Assembly: GCA_951406725.2 (NCBI GenBank)
Contig: OX597827.1
Location: forward strand, 22,754,001 to 22,818,000
Direction: 5' to 3'
From: Octopus vulgaris
Lineage: Eukaryota
Length of the DNA: 64,000 nt
Positions 1-11,115 of this stretch are shown one piece after another. The translations under genes and the position numbers were made by a program. The notes under the pieces were generated by a model. The model was not told the DNA's origin, made no database searches, and saw only the letters and a list, made by a program, of their open reading frames with translations. Position 1 is the stretch's first letter, and every line of letters begins with the position of its first letter.

Positions 1-204
1 TTTTATTATTATTTTGTGATTTACTTAATCATCGGTATATTATTGTTATTTTAATTTTAATATTTCTATTATATGTAATTTTCTAGATGGTGTAATTTAA
101 TTGTTCATTTTGAAATGGTAAAAGGTGTTTTTTTTTTTCTAATTTTTATCTCTATATAAATATTATGTTTTGTGAAATTTGATTTGGTATTTCTAAATTT
201 AATT

Positions 205-998
205 GGATCTTATCCTTTTGAACGGCACATGTCAATCCAATTTCTAATTAACTAAACACATTTAAACTTCGTATACTGGTAGAATGTGTTTATAAAACAT
301 CATTTTTTCTTAGCTTTATTGAGAAAATTCTATAGTTTATAAGATATTTCGTCTGAAATTTCGAGCATTTCGGCAATTTTAACCGAATCGCTGACCTCCA
401 TTTGGGGTGAAAACATTCCGTGCTGTATGAATATGTCCCTCGTTTAAGAAACAGATTGGGTTTATTTACATTTGCGAAGAAAAAAAGATACCCTTCCCCC
501 ACCCCTAAACCTAACTCTAACCCTAACTCAAAAATAGATTGAAATGCAATAGATCGTTACTAGGATTATAATTATGGGTGACATTTTCATCTGACACCGC
601 TAGGAAAAAATCCCATTTTCCGTAGCGGTGTCGTATGAAATTGTCACCCATAATTATAACCCTAGTATCGATCTATTGCATTTCAATCTATTTTAGATTT
701 AGGGTTAGGGGTGGGGGAAGGGTATCTTTTTTTCTTCACAAATGTAAATAAACCCAATCTGTTTCTTAAACGAGGGATACCGCACGGAATGTTTTCACCC
801 CAAATGGAGGTCAGCGATTGGTTAAAATTGCCGAAATGCTCGATTTTAAAGTGGATATATGTTACAATATATAGAATTTTCTCAATAAAGCCAAGAAAAA
901 TGATGTTTTATAAACACATTCTACCAGTATACGAAGTTTAAAAGTGTTTAGTTAACTAGAAATTGTGTTGACATGTGCCGTTCAAAAGGAAAAGATCC
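205..998. mobile_element. Palindromic MITE, family A (GGATC ends, 8-bp TSD; Merlin-like)
   Basis: GGATCTTATCCTTTTGAACGGCA...TGCCGTTCAAAAGGAAAAGATCC, about 390-bp inverted arms, TSD ATTTAATT, internal (CCCTAA)-like repeats. Confidence 0.85.
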
Positions 999-1046
999 AT
1001 TTAATTTTTCCCTGTAAGTTAGGAATAATATTCCCTCAAATAATTA

Positions 1047-1082
<36 letters not shown>

Positions 1083-1281
1083 TAATTATTTGAGGAATAT
1101 TATTCTAACTTACAGGGAAAATAAATGGATCTTTCCTTTTGAACGGCACATGTCAACACAATTTCTAGTTAACTAAACACTTTTAAACTTCGTATACTGG
1201 TAGAATGTGTTTATAAAACATCATTTTTTCTTGGCTTTATTGAGAAAATTCTATATATTGTAACATATATCCACTTTAAAA
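844..1281. repeat. Inverted duplication centred on (TA)n
   Basis: 844-1050 (MITE end plus flank) is mirrored at 1079-1281 around a TA tract, with only a few single-base indels. Confidence 0.85.
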
Positions 1282-1575
1282 GAGTACTCAAATACCAGTG
1301 GTAGAGTAATATGCTTTATTTAAAGCAGCAGAAAATTCAACAAAACCAGTTACTCTGAGTTTCACGTTGCCGTTCATCGGTCAGTTTTTGCTAGAATCTA
1401 GCAAAAACTGTCCGATGAACGGCAACGTGAAACTCAGAGTAACTGGTTTTGTTGAATTTTCTGCTGCTTTTAAATAAAGTATATATATATATATATATAC
1501 AAAAACTGTCCGACGAACGGGAACGTGAAACTCCAAGTAATAGGTTTTGTTGAATTTCTGCTGCTTTTAAATAAA

Positions 1576-1620
<45 letters not shown>

Positions 1621-1917
1621 AAAAGCAGCAGAAATTCAACAAAACCTATTACTTGGAGTTTCACGTTCCCGTTCGTCGGACAGTTTTTGTATATATATAT
1701 ATATATATATATATACTTTATTTAAAAGCAGCAGAAAATTCAACAAAACCAGTTACTCTGAGTTTCACGTTGCCGTTCATCGGTCAGTTTTTGCTAGAAT
1801 CTAGCAAAAACTGTCCGATGAACGGCAACGTGAAACTCAGAGTAACTGGTTTTGTTGAATTTTCTGCTGCTTTAAATAAAGCATATTACTCTACCACTGG
1901 TATTTGAGTACTCTTTT
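1278..1917. mobile_element. Nested palindrome of Penelope-like terminal repeats carrying six hammerhead-like motifs
   Basis: Mirror symmetry about (TA)n at ~1578-1616. Each unit reads CAAAAACTG(T/A)-CCGA(T/C)GA-ACGG(C/G)AACGT-GAAAC-(TCAGA or TCCAA)-GTA-...GGTTTTG. Confidence 0.75.
1402..1451 (+). ncRNA. Type I hammerhead ribozyme motif (CCGAUGA core variant); five further copies within 1339-1855 on both strands
   Basis: Core CCGATGA 1412-1418, stem II ACG-gcaa-CGT, GAAA 1429-1432, stem III CT-cag-AG, GTA triplet 1439-1441, imperfect stem I CAAAAACTGT / ACTGGTTTTG. Confidence 0.7.
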
Positions 1918-1964
1918 TTCCACCTTGTTTCACATTTATGTGTTTACTCCGGTATATATATATA

Positions 1965-2278
1965 CTAGCAGTATCGCCCGGCGTTGCTCGGGTTTGTAAG
2001 GGAAATAACTATAAAGCATTTTTAGAGAGTTATAGCCAAAAAATAGAAAAAAAATGGAAAAAAAAATTTTGGTAAACTTTTTTTTGAGAGTTAAAAAGGT
2101 CGAGTTGCGTGCCCTAGACAGTCTGTGGTTTGTGTTTCTAATTCTCGACCCCAGGTCGAATTTATCGATTTTTTTCAGAAATGGGGGAACTTTTCAAAAT
2201 TTTCGCTGCGTTAGTTTTGAATTATGACATTGGGCTATGTGTGTGTACACAGACAGACAAACTGCCATTTATATATAG

Positions 2279-2281
<3 letters not shown>
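1965..2281 (-). mobile_element. Non-autonomous Helitron
   Basis: The minus strand starts TCTCTATATAT and ends with hairpin CCCGAGCAACGCCGGG followed by CGATACTGCTAG|T. Confidence 0.8.
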
Positions 2282-2336
<55 letters not shown>

Positions 2337-3028
2337 ATACGTGCAAAGCAAAACGTAAGAGAAAGAGAGAATGGAGGAACTGACACTCAAATACAAAAGA
2401 TAGAATTAAATGTTTTGTTTCTCCAAGAATAGAAGTGAGACCAAATGAAATAGAAGGTGAGAGAGAGAGAGGGGGAGAGGGAGAGAGAGAGAGAGAAAGA
2501 ATGGATGAGTGAGTGAGTGCATTGTTGTGGAAGACAATGTATGAAAGATGTCTAAAAGTTAGGTGAATGTAAATGAGGAGCGACGGGGACGAGATTTTGA
2601 AGGTCATAAAGATACATAGGTTATATATATATATATACAGTTTGACATCTGTAGCTTTTTGTTAACGTTTGAGTTTTTTTTGCGTATGTAAGTGTGTCCT
2701 GTACGAACATTTATCTATGTGTGTATATATGTATGTTGCACAGATGTCCATGAAAATATATATTGTTGTATGTGTGTGCGTACGTGCATATGTATGTGTG
2801 TGCATGTATGTCTTTACACAGGTGCACACATACACGCGCGCGCGCACACACACACATATTTATGTATGGAGAATTTGGGCGCGAAATTAATTCGGTCAGC
2901 CCGTCTGTCGTCTGTTAATTCATTGAATGATTTTCATGTTCATAGCGATATACGTTTCCAAAGACGTTCACCTCCATTTCATATTTCCAATTTCGGTCTC
3001 TGCCAGTGTCACCATCTGAAGACATTGT

Positions 3029-3420
3029 GGATCTTTTCGGTTTGAACGGCAGTTTTTTCTTGCGGTGTCATATGAAATTATCACCCAACCTGTTTTAGGG
3101 TTAGGGTCTGTTTTAGGGTTAGGGGTGGGGGAAGAGTATCTTTTTTTCTTCAGAAATGTAAATAAACCCAATCTGTTTCTTAAACGAGGGACATATTCAT
3201 ACGGCACAGAATGTTTTTTTACCTCAATGGACGTCATTGATTGGTTAAAATTGCAGAAATTGAAGAAAAAAACAACAAATATCTTACAAACAATAGAATT
3301 TTCTCAATAAAGCCAAGAGAAAAGATGTTTTATAAACACATTCTACCAGTATACGAAGTTTTAAATTTCTTAGTTACCTAGAAATTATGTTAAAAACTGC
3401 CGTTCAAACCGAAAAGATCC
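3029..3420. mobile_element. MITE family A, short form
   Basis: TIR GGATCTTTTCGGTTTGAACGGCAGTTTT at both ends; nearly identical to 4057-4467; no TSD evident. Confidence 0.85.
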
Positions 3421-3526
3421 TAGAACCTTCCTAATTTGATTAAACAGAACCCAATTTGTCCCTTCTCTCAGTCCTCAAAGCATTCCCACGTGTCTCCTCT
3501 ATGAAAAACACTGGTACAATGAGCAT

Positions 3527-3559
<33 letters not shown>

Positions 3560-3561
3560 GT

Positions 3562-3632
<71 letters not shown>

Positions 3633-4056
3633 TGTATAATTCGTAAACAAGAATATCATTGGCAGTGACTTCGAAGTTTCGCTCAGCTAACCCATCTTCC
3701 GACGGCGATGCGTTGAAATTAATCTTGACATTATATAGCCTCTGTTGAAGCCAAAATTATCTTCAACGCATTGCAGTCCGACGATGACTCAGCTGGCTGG
3801 AACTTCAAAGCCACTGTCAACAACATTCTCGTTTAAGAATAATAAATTTGTACTCTACAAAAGTATGGGGCGATATATTCATATTCCATATACGTGTGAG
3901 CATATAGCTATAAAACAAGATGGAGATAGTAGTACTCGAATATTAACGATAGAGTAAAATATATTATTTTATAGAAGCTGGAAAACTTCACGAATTGTTG
4001 CTCCGAGTTTCATGTAACCAATTATCATACTGACTCGAACGTTTGGAACAATACCG

Positions 4057-4467
4057 GGATCTTTTCGGTTTGAACGGCAGTTTTTTTCTAGCGATGTCAT
4101 ATGAAATTGTCACCCATAATTATGACCCTAGTATCGATCTATTGCATTTCAATCTGTTTTAGGGTTAGGGGTGGGGGAAGAGTATCTTTTTTTCTTCAGA
4201 AATGTAAATAAACCCAATCTGTTTCTTAAACGAGGGACATATTCATACGGCACAGAATGTTTTTTTACCTCAATGGACGTCATTGATTGGTTGAAATTGC
4301 AGAAATTGAAGAAAAAAACAACAAATATCTTACAAACTATAGAATTTTCTCAATAAAGCCAAAATAAAAAGATGTTTTATAAACGCATTCTACCAGTATA
4401 AGAAGTTTAAAAGTGTTTAGTTACCTAGAAATTATGTTAAAAACTGCCGTTCAAACCGAAAAGATCC
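4057..4467. mobile_element. MITE family A, short form
   Basis: About 29-bp TIR; TSD CAATACCG on both sides. Confidence 0.9.
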
Positions 4468-4716
4468 CAATACCGTGCGTTATAAATGTTTATTAATCAT
4501 GAAATAATAGTTATTTGCTAAATCACCAAATAAACATTTAAAGCTGATAAGACAAGGGTTACTGCTTCCAAAATTCATGGAATGTAATGGATAATGCGAT
4601 TGATTTGACAGAAAACAGGATAAACGAATAAAATAAAGTCGAATATAACCGAATGACATAAATCACATTTCATTTGTACAGGCAAATACTCTTTACTCTC
4701 TCTCTCTCTCTCTCTC

Positions 4717-5095
4717 TCTTTCACTCTTTTACTTGTTTCAGTCATTTGACTGCGGCCATGCTGGAGCACCGCCTTTAGTCGAGCAAATCGACCCCAGGAC
4801 TTATTCTTTGGAAGCCTAGTACTTATTCTGTCGGTCTCTTTTGCCGAACCGCTAAGTTACGGGGACGTAAACACACCAGCATCGGTTGTCAAGCGATGTT
4901 GGGGGGACAGACACAGACACACAAACATATATACGCACACATACATATATATATAAATACACATATACGACGGGCTTCTTTCAGTTTCCGAGGCTATAGT
5001 AGAAGACACTTGCCCAAGGTGTCACGCAGTGGGACTGAACCCAGAACCATGTGGTTAGTAAGCAAGCTACTTACCACACAGCCACTCCTGCGCCT
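4717..5095 (-). mobile_element. tRNA-derived SINE family 2; related copies at ~40460-40680 (-), ~46215-46590 (-) and ~50930-51110 (-)
   Basis: Head GGCGCAGGAGTGGCTGTGTGGTAAG...GGTTCAGTCCC and tail GCTCCAGCATGGCCGCAGTC...GAAACAAGTAAAAGAG, shared among copies. Confidence 0.8.
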
Positions 5096-5544
5096 ATGAT
5101 AGTCTTGATATTTGCAATAAAGTGCAAATTTAAAGCAAAAATAATTTTAGAAACTAAGAATTAAAGTAACATAAACGGAACAAGACATATGTCATTATCC
5201 GCTGTATTTTTCGTTGAGGAGACCCGACGATGTCGAAACGCCAGGTGTCTTAAAGTCTCCTTAAATTAATTGAGTGTATTATGAAAACATTCCTCTGAAA
5301 AAAGGAACGTCGTTCTCCGATTAGCCTTTCCACCTTCGAATCTGCCGGAATGGATATGCATGTCATCGCTCATAAAAACAAAACAAAACAGAAAACGATA
5401 AAACAAAAATTAATAAGTATCGTAATATGTTTGTCCTAGCGAAAAGTGCGTGAGAGATGGGAGCTAAGCCTTTGCTATATTAATTGTTTGATACACACAC
5501 ATATTCTTTTCTTTTACTTGTATATATATATACAAACATGAATA

Positions 5545-5601
5545 TACATATACATACATACATACTTACATACATACATAAATACACACACACACACACA
5601 T

Positions 5602-5632
<31 letters not shown>

Positions 5633-5695
5633 TACATACATACATACATACATAAATACACACACACACATACATACATACACACACACATACAT

Positions 5696-5754
<59 letters not shown>

Positions 5755-5815
5755 TACATACATACATACATACATACATACATACATACATACATACATA
5801 CATACATACATACAT
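5545..5815. repeat. Compound (CATA)n/(CA)n microsatellite
   Basis: Direct reading; representative of dozens of CA, TA, GA and GATA tracts in the window. Confidence 0.95.
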
Positions 5816-5861
5816 GATTCGCCATGATAGATCGCTAGCCACTACACACATTTTTTATTTT

Positions 5862-5995
5862 CTCTCCTTGTTTCTTTCTGCGTTCCTTTCTGTGGAAGAG
5901 CGTAGGCTCGAAACGTTATTATTCACTTATTCACTTTCCGACGTTATACTAATACATCTGTTTGTTTTCTACACCATCTGTCTTCGTCTTTCTTT
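5862..5995 (+). mobile_element. Short element with a minimal hammerhead-like motif; second copy at ~27795-27950
   Basis: CTTT-CTGTGGA-A-GAG-cgtagg-CTC-GAAACGTT. The second copy reads TCTTT-CTGTCGA-A-GAG-cgtagg-CTC-AAAACGTA-AAAGA. Confidence 0.55.
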
Positions 5996-6183
5996 CTTTT
6001 TTATTTTGTTAATTCTCTACATACATACATATATATATATATATTTAATTCGAGGATATGTTAACCTCGTGAAGGGTTGGTTGCATCCAAGGAAATACTG
6101 GTTCAATACTTAGTATTTTGGGGGAATGAAATTCCCTTAAAACAACAGGTATATATTAAGCATATAGTTTATATCCAGTTAAA

Positions 6184-6546
6184 AGAAGAAAAGAAAATGG
6201 AGATAAGGAAGTTAACAATTATTTATTATTAACAAATTAATCGTTTTCGCTTCTTACAGCCGTTTCAATTCATACTCAATAATTTAATTACAAATTTGTA
6301 CATTAAATTTACTTTTATGTGACATTAGTACAATTTCATCAGAGAAAAAAAAAATTTTGGATGTTATATGTGGACCTGTCAATTCATTCCAGCAGACTAA
6401 TGTCACATAAATGTAAATTTAATTTACAAATGTGTAATTCAATTATCGAGTATTAATTGAAACGGCTGTAAGAAGCAAAGATGACCAATTTGTTAATAAT
6501 AAATAATTATCAACTTCCTTATCTCCATTTTCTTTTCTTTTCTTCT
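6184..6546. repeat. Inverted repeat (about 145-bp arms) of Penelope-like terminal repeat type
   Basis: 6184-6330 mirrors ~6397-6546 and contains the hammerhead listed below. Confidence 0.8.
6251..6346 (-). ncRNA. Canonical type I hammerhead ribozyme with long stem II
   Basis: Minus strand: TTCT-CTGATGA-AATTGTACT...AGTATGAATT-GAAAC-GGCT-GTA-AGAA. All core nucleotides are intact and stems I and II pair; stem III is minimal. Confidence 0.75.
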
Positions 6547-7035
6547 TAACGACAGCAGCAGCGGCAGTGATAGTGATGGCAATAACAGCAACAACAACAA
6601 CAACTACCATGATGGTAACATCGTTGGCGAACACACATACACAGAGGAATACAGGAACTGTACCATATTTTTCGGGTCTTAGGACAACGGCAGCACCATG
6701 GGGTGAGAGTGTGAGGCTGCTGAGGGAAGGCCACACTGCTGCTAAAAACTATGACACAAACATACACACACGCACACACACATGCGCACAAACACAGACT
6801 CAAATGCATGCGCATATAAGGATACACACCTTAGAAGAACATAATGGAGTAAGTGAAGCAAGAAGACACACGAAAACGAATAATAGTGTCGCTGAAGAGG
6901 TCACAGATGTGTGACGAAAGATTTCCGGCCAATGGACATGAGTTAGAATAAGAACAATAATAAACGTGTGAAGAACGAATATATAGTGCGTGTGTTTATT
7001 TGGCAAAAAAAGAGACAACAATATATATATATATA

Positions 7036-7290
7036 TCACCGTGATCACCGTGACCGACCAGACTATCAGATGTTGCTACACATCGCTGATCACAATGCGC
7101 TTCGCATTGTTTTAGCCTTCAAATGACGCCACCCCGCTGGCTAAGCGGGCAGGCCAACAGAAGGAAGAGTGAGAGAAAGTTGTGGTGAAAGAGTACAGCA
7201 GGGACCGCCACCAACTCCTGTCGGAGCCTCGTGGAGCTTTAGGTGTTTTCGCTCAATAAACACTCTGGGAATCGAAACCGCGATCCTATA
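7036..7290 (-). mobile_element. tRNA-derived SINE family 3 (5'-truncated)
   Basis: Shares GGATCGCGGTTTCGATTCCCAGA...GTGTTTATTGAGCGAAAACACCTAAAGCTCCAC with the 31996 and 44011 copies. Confidence 0.75.
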
Positions 7291-7488
7291 ATTGAAAATC
7301 AAGAAGGAGTATGGTTGGACATTTAATTTTTAATCACTACAATTGTTTCCACGCATATGTACTTCCAGGTGTGCCCAAACGCGAATTTGGAAGTACGTAT
7401 TATATTGCTACTGGATAGCACAGGGTGAAATCTGAAGGTGGACGAGGCTTATACTCTACTCTACTCTGTTCTCAACAGAATATACTAT

Positions 7489-7572
<84 letters not shown>

Positions 7573-7574
<2 letters not shown>

Positions 7575-8600
7575 GGTGTTAGGGCTAAATTTGACAGTTT
7601 GCATAAAAGGAAAAGAAAACGCAATATTCCATCCGAAAACAAAAGTTTTGTTTTTTTTAATTAAAAAAAGTATCAGCTAGATTATGATTAGGAAATCACA
7701 GTTTACTCAAAGTAGCCACTCTCAGCTCCCATCACAACCTCTTGAGGGATCCCGAACCTGGCGCATGCGTTGCTCACTGTGTCTCTGGGAAGATCTTCGA
7801 ACACCTTGATCTTGGCCACCAGCTCGCCTTCGGTGTTGCTGGTGGTTTCTTTCTCAACCGTGCCTCACACACAGTGATGCATGGCATTACAATCGATGGA
7901 ATTAGGAGGCTAGAAATTGGGAATGGTGAAGTCGTAGAAATTCTTCGACAACCGCTTATCGCTCTTTCTGGAGGCAACGAACGAAATTCTGCTGCCATAC
8001 ATATGACCTTCGAGCCTAAATCTTGTTCAAGGATGTGTGGAGCGGTATGACGTGACTTTCATAGAGACACACCCAGAGGCCATCACAGTTTGGGTGAATT
8101 TGGTTTTTATGACATCCATATCATGTCTTACATCTTTTCCAGTGTTCACAGAGCATTGAGTAATAATCATGATGTCGACATTTTCATACCCGGCGCGAAC
8201 CATCGTGATACAGATAACTCTTTTCCAATATTCAGGCAGCTTAGGGCGGCGAGCTGGCAGGACGGTTAGCACGCCGGGCGAAATGCTTAGCGGTATTTCG
8301 CCTGCCGTTACGTTCTGAGTTCAAATTCCCCCGAGGTCGACTTTGCCTTTCGTTCTTTGGAGGTTGATAAATTAAGTACTAGTTGTGTACTGGGGTTGAT
8401 CTAATCGACTGGCCTCCTCCCCCAAAATGTCTGGCCTTGTGCCCAGAGTAGAAAAGAATATTCAGGCAGCTTTCAGTCTTCCATGTCAGCTAACTTTTTC
8501 TCAATTACAACTTCAATCTTCATGCTCTCCAACGCCGTTGACTATTCACCAATGCATCAAGCTTTTCCTGGAAAATAAGGAGATATAAAAGTTAAATTTA
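7573..8600 (-). pseudogene. Decayed Tc1/mariner-superfamily transposase (maT/DD37D-like), interrupted by a SINE
   Basis: Minus-strand peptides TKFTQTVMASGCVS, WQQNS (for WQQDxAP), NFYDFT, PPNSIDCNAM (for WPPNSPDxNPxD) and DLPRDTVSNACARF, with frameshifts and stops. Confidence 0.7.
8243..8457 (+). mobile_element. tRNA-derived SINE family 1, monomer; other monomers at ~10027-10255 (+), ~11623-11838 (-), ~17715-17890 (+), ~20270-20425 (-), ~24104-24316 (+) and ~24405-24618 (+)
   Basis: GGCGGCGAGCTGGCAG head, GAGTTCAAATTCC B box, central GGTCGACTTTGCCTTTC domain; TSD AATATTCAGGCAGCTT. Confidence 0.85.
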
Positions 8601-8670
8601 ACCCGAAGACCATATATATATATTGTGTGTATATATACAAAACAAAACAGGAAGTTGGAAATTTTATTTG

Positions 8671-9105
8671 GGATCTTTTCGGTTTGAACGGCAGTTTTTA
8701 ACATAATTTCTAGGTAACTAAAAAATTTTAAACTTCGTATACTGGTAGAATGTGTTTATAAAACATCTTTTTTTCTTGGCTTTATTGAGAAGATTCTATA
8801 GTTTGTAAGATATTTGTTGTTTTTTTTTCTTCAATTTCTGCAATTTCAACCAATCAATGACGTCCATTGAGGTAAACAACATTCTGTGCCGTATGAATAT
8901 GTCCCTCGTTCAAGAAACAGATTGGGTTTATTTACATTTGCGAAGAAAAAAAGATACCCTTCCCCCATCCCCACCCCAACCCCCAACCCCACCCCTAACC
9001 CTAAAACAGATTGAAATGCAATAGATCGATACTAGGGTCATAATTATGGGTGACAACTTCATATGACACCGCTAGAAAAAACTGCCGTTCAAACCGAAAA
9101 GATCC
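8671..9105. mobile_element. MITE family A, short form (opposite orientation)
   Basis: Same TIR; TSD TTTATTTG on both sides. Confidence 0.9.
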
Positions 9106-9811
9106 TTTATTTGTTATTATCTCTTCACCATTACATATGTTTCATTTTCTAATAGGAATCACAAAGTTGTACATTTTGGATAAACATGTAAGATATCTCC
9201 TTCCTATTAAAAATTCTTCAGACAAAGAACCAAATATTACAAAAATTTGCGTTTCGCTGAAGCGTTTGTATCTAGTTATTAATCAGGGGTCGTATAGACA
9301 GATGGAAGAGAGATTAGTAAGAAAAACAAATCTAGTTGTAAGGAAAAAGAGAAGAGAGAGAGAGTTGGATGTTTGTGAGTTTAACTTAGAAAACTAGAGG
9401 ACGGCTCTAACGTAAACGATATTTCATGGTTGAGTGATTTTGTGACACTTACAAAGTATCGATTTTATTTTAATGGGAACAAATATTTGGAGTACTTGTT
9501 TTTGCGCGCATGCGTGTGTGTGCGTGTGTGTGTATTTGTGTGTGTGCTTGTGTGTGTGTGTGTGTGTTTGTGTGTGTTTGTGTGTGTGTGTTTGTGTGTG
9601 TATTTGTGTGTGCATGTGTGTGTGTGTGTGTGTGTGTTTGTGTGTGTGTGTTTGTGTGTGTGTGCGCGCGTGTGTTTGTGTGTGTGTGTGCATATAGCAT
9701 CTTGAATTGACATTCCTGTTGATGTGTGTATTATGAGATTGCCTGTCATTCATTGCAGATCGTGTGTTGGTTGAATTGTAGACTTTTCAGGTACGTACGT
9801 ATGGGTGATGG

Positions 9812-9868
<57 letters not shown>

Positions 9869-10259
9869 GAGGGGAGCTGTCATAGTATATGTCTTATCCT
9901 GTTTGGAGTTCACACTCTTTTGTGTGTGTGCTTTCAAAATACTTTTATTCTGGTGTTTTTTGGGGGTTTTTTGCAATGTGAAACTGTGTCATTTGTCTTG
10001 TGTAGAGCGAGCGTCTCTTGTGTGATCGAGCTGGCAGAAACGTTAGCACGCCGGGCGAAATGCGTAGCCGAATTTCGTCTACCGTTACGTTTTGAGTTCA
10101 AGTTCCGCCGAGGTCGACTTTACCTTTCATCCTTTCGGGGTCGATAAATTAAGTACCAGTTACGCACTGGGGGGGGGGTGATGTAATCGACTTAATTCGT
10201 TTGTCTTTCCTTGTTTGTCCCCTCTGTGTTTGGCCCCTTGTGGGTAATAAAGAAACATG

Positions 10260-11115
10260 ATATTTTTCTGCGATGCATACAAAGCAGATACATTTCAGAA
10301 CAATTTGTATATGATGATCCGCAGTTTATTATTTTCACATTTTATATTTGCTGTTACGTTGTTTCCTTTCGCCTCCTTATCTTCTGGATAGGTTCAGAAA
10401 TATACGCACTCACGCACGTGTGTCTTTGAAGGTCCCTCTAGTGACGCTACTTTTTGGTTTGTCCAATTTGTGATACCGTTGCTTTATAGACCAAGCTTGC
10501 TTGTAAATAGCTCCCATGTAATGGACATGTCCCTGTTCTGGTAAAGTTGTATAAGGTTTCGACTGTGTGTCGCGTGCGCTTTGATATGTTGTTGCTAAGT
10601 TAATATATGGTGTGTTTTATATTTTGTGCAGCTGTAGCTAATTTCAATGCTGTTTCTGTTGAATAGTCTGTTCAGAAATGTTTGCTATCTAGTGTAAAAG
10701 AAGGGTGTATTACATTTGTTGCCATATTAAGGCTGAAAATTAGGTTGAATCAGACGACTTTTTTTTCTTTTTCTGAAATTTATTTATTGTTTATTTATGG
10801 TGTCTTGTGTAAGCATTGCAATTTCTCATTAAAACTACTCGCTTTTAGGGCTTCGTTGTGGAACGGTGCTTCTTGGGAAATCATTTCTTTGTTAGACGAA
10901 ATTTTTTATATTGCCACTATAGTGGGTGGTTTCAGTTTATGATTATATAGATAATGGTATTTCGTTGGGTATAATGGTATATTTCTGTGGAGTTAATCTT
11001 TCCTAGTATTCAGGTTAATGTTACCTTGAAGTATCTTACTACGGGTAGGTTAGTTTCTAATGTTATGTTTGCTCGAATACTTTAAAGAACTTTATGAGAC
11101 CTTTCCAACATTTGT
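10260..11115 (-). pseudogene. Decayed Penelope-like retroelement (RT C-terminus plus GIY-YIG endonuclease region)
   Basis: Minus-strand peptides NITLETNLPVVRYFKVTL, ISSNKEMISQEAPFHNEALKASSF, TCPLHG...SLVYKATV and KIINCGSSY...YLLCM follow the order of Penelope thumb, CPLxGxCL linker and GIY-YIG C-terminal motifs; many frameshifts. Confidence 0.65.

Noticed and set aside
263-275. AACTTCGTATA in MITE family A (and ATAACTTCTGTATA at ~21116) resembles a loxP half-site
   Set aside because: Only half-sites, never two arms around an 8-bp spacer. Recurrence comes from MITE copy number and no recombinase is present.
5480-6113. Long ORFs rich in HT, YI, CV or poly-I/Y/L (also 9424-9753, 18763-19311, 21241-21771, 43024-43437)
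   Set aside because: These are translations of microsatellites.
7322-7400. Minus-strand GAAACAATTGTA hammerhead 3' half (similar partial hits at ~13845-13885 and ~62578-62605)
   Set aside because: No matching intact CUGANGA core with paired stem I; too incomplete to call.
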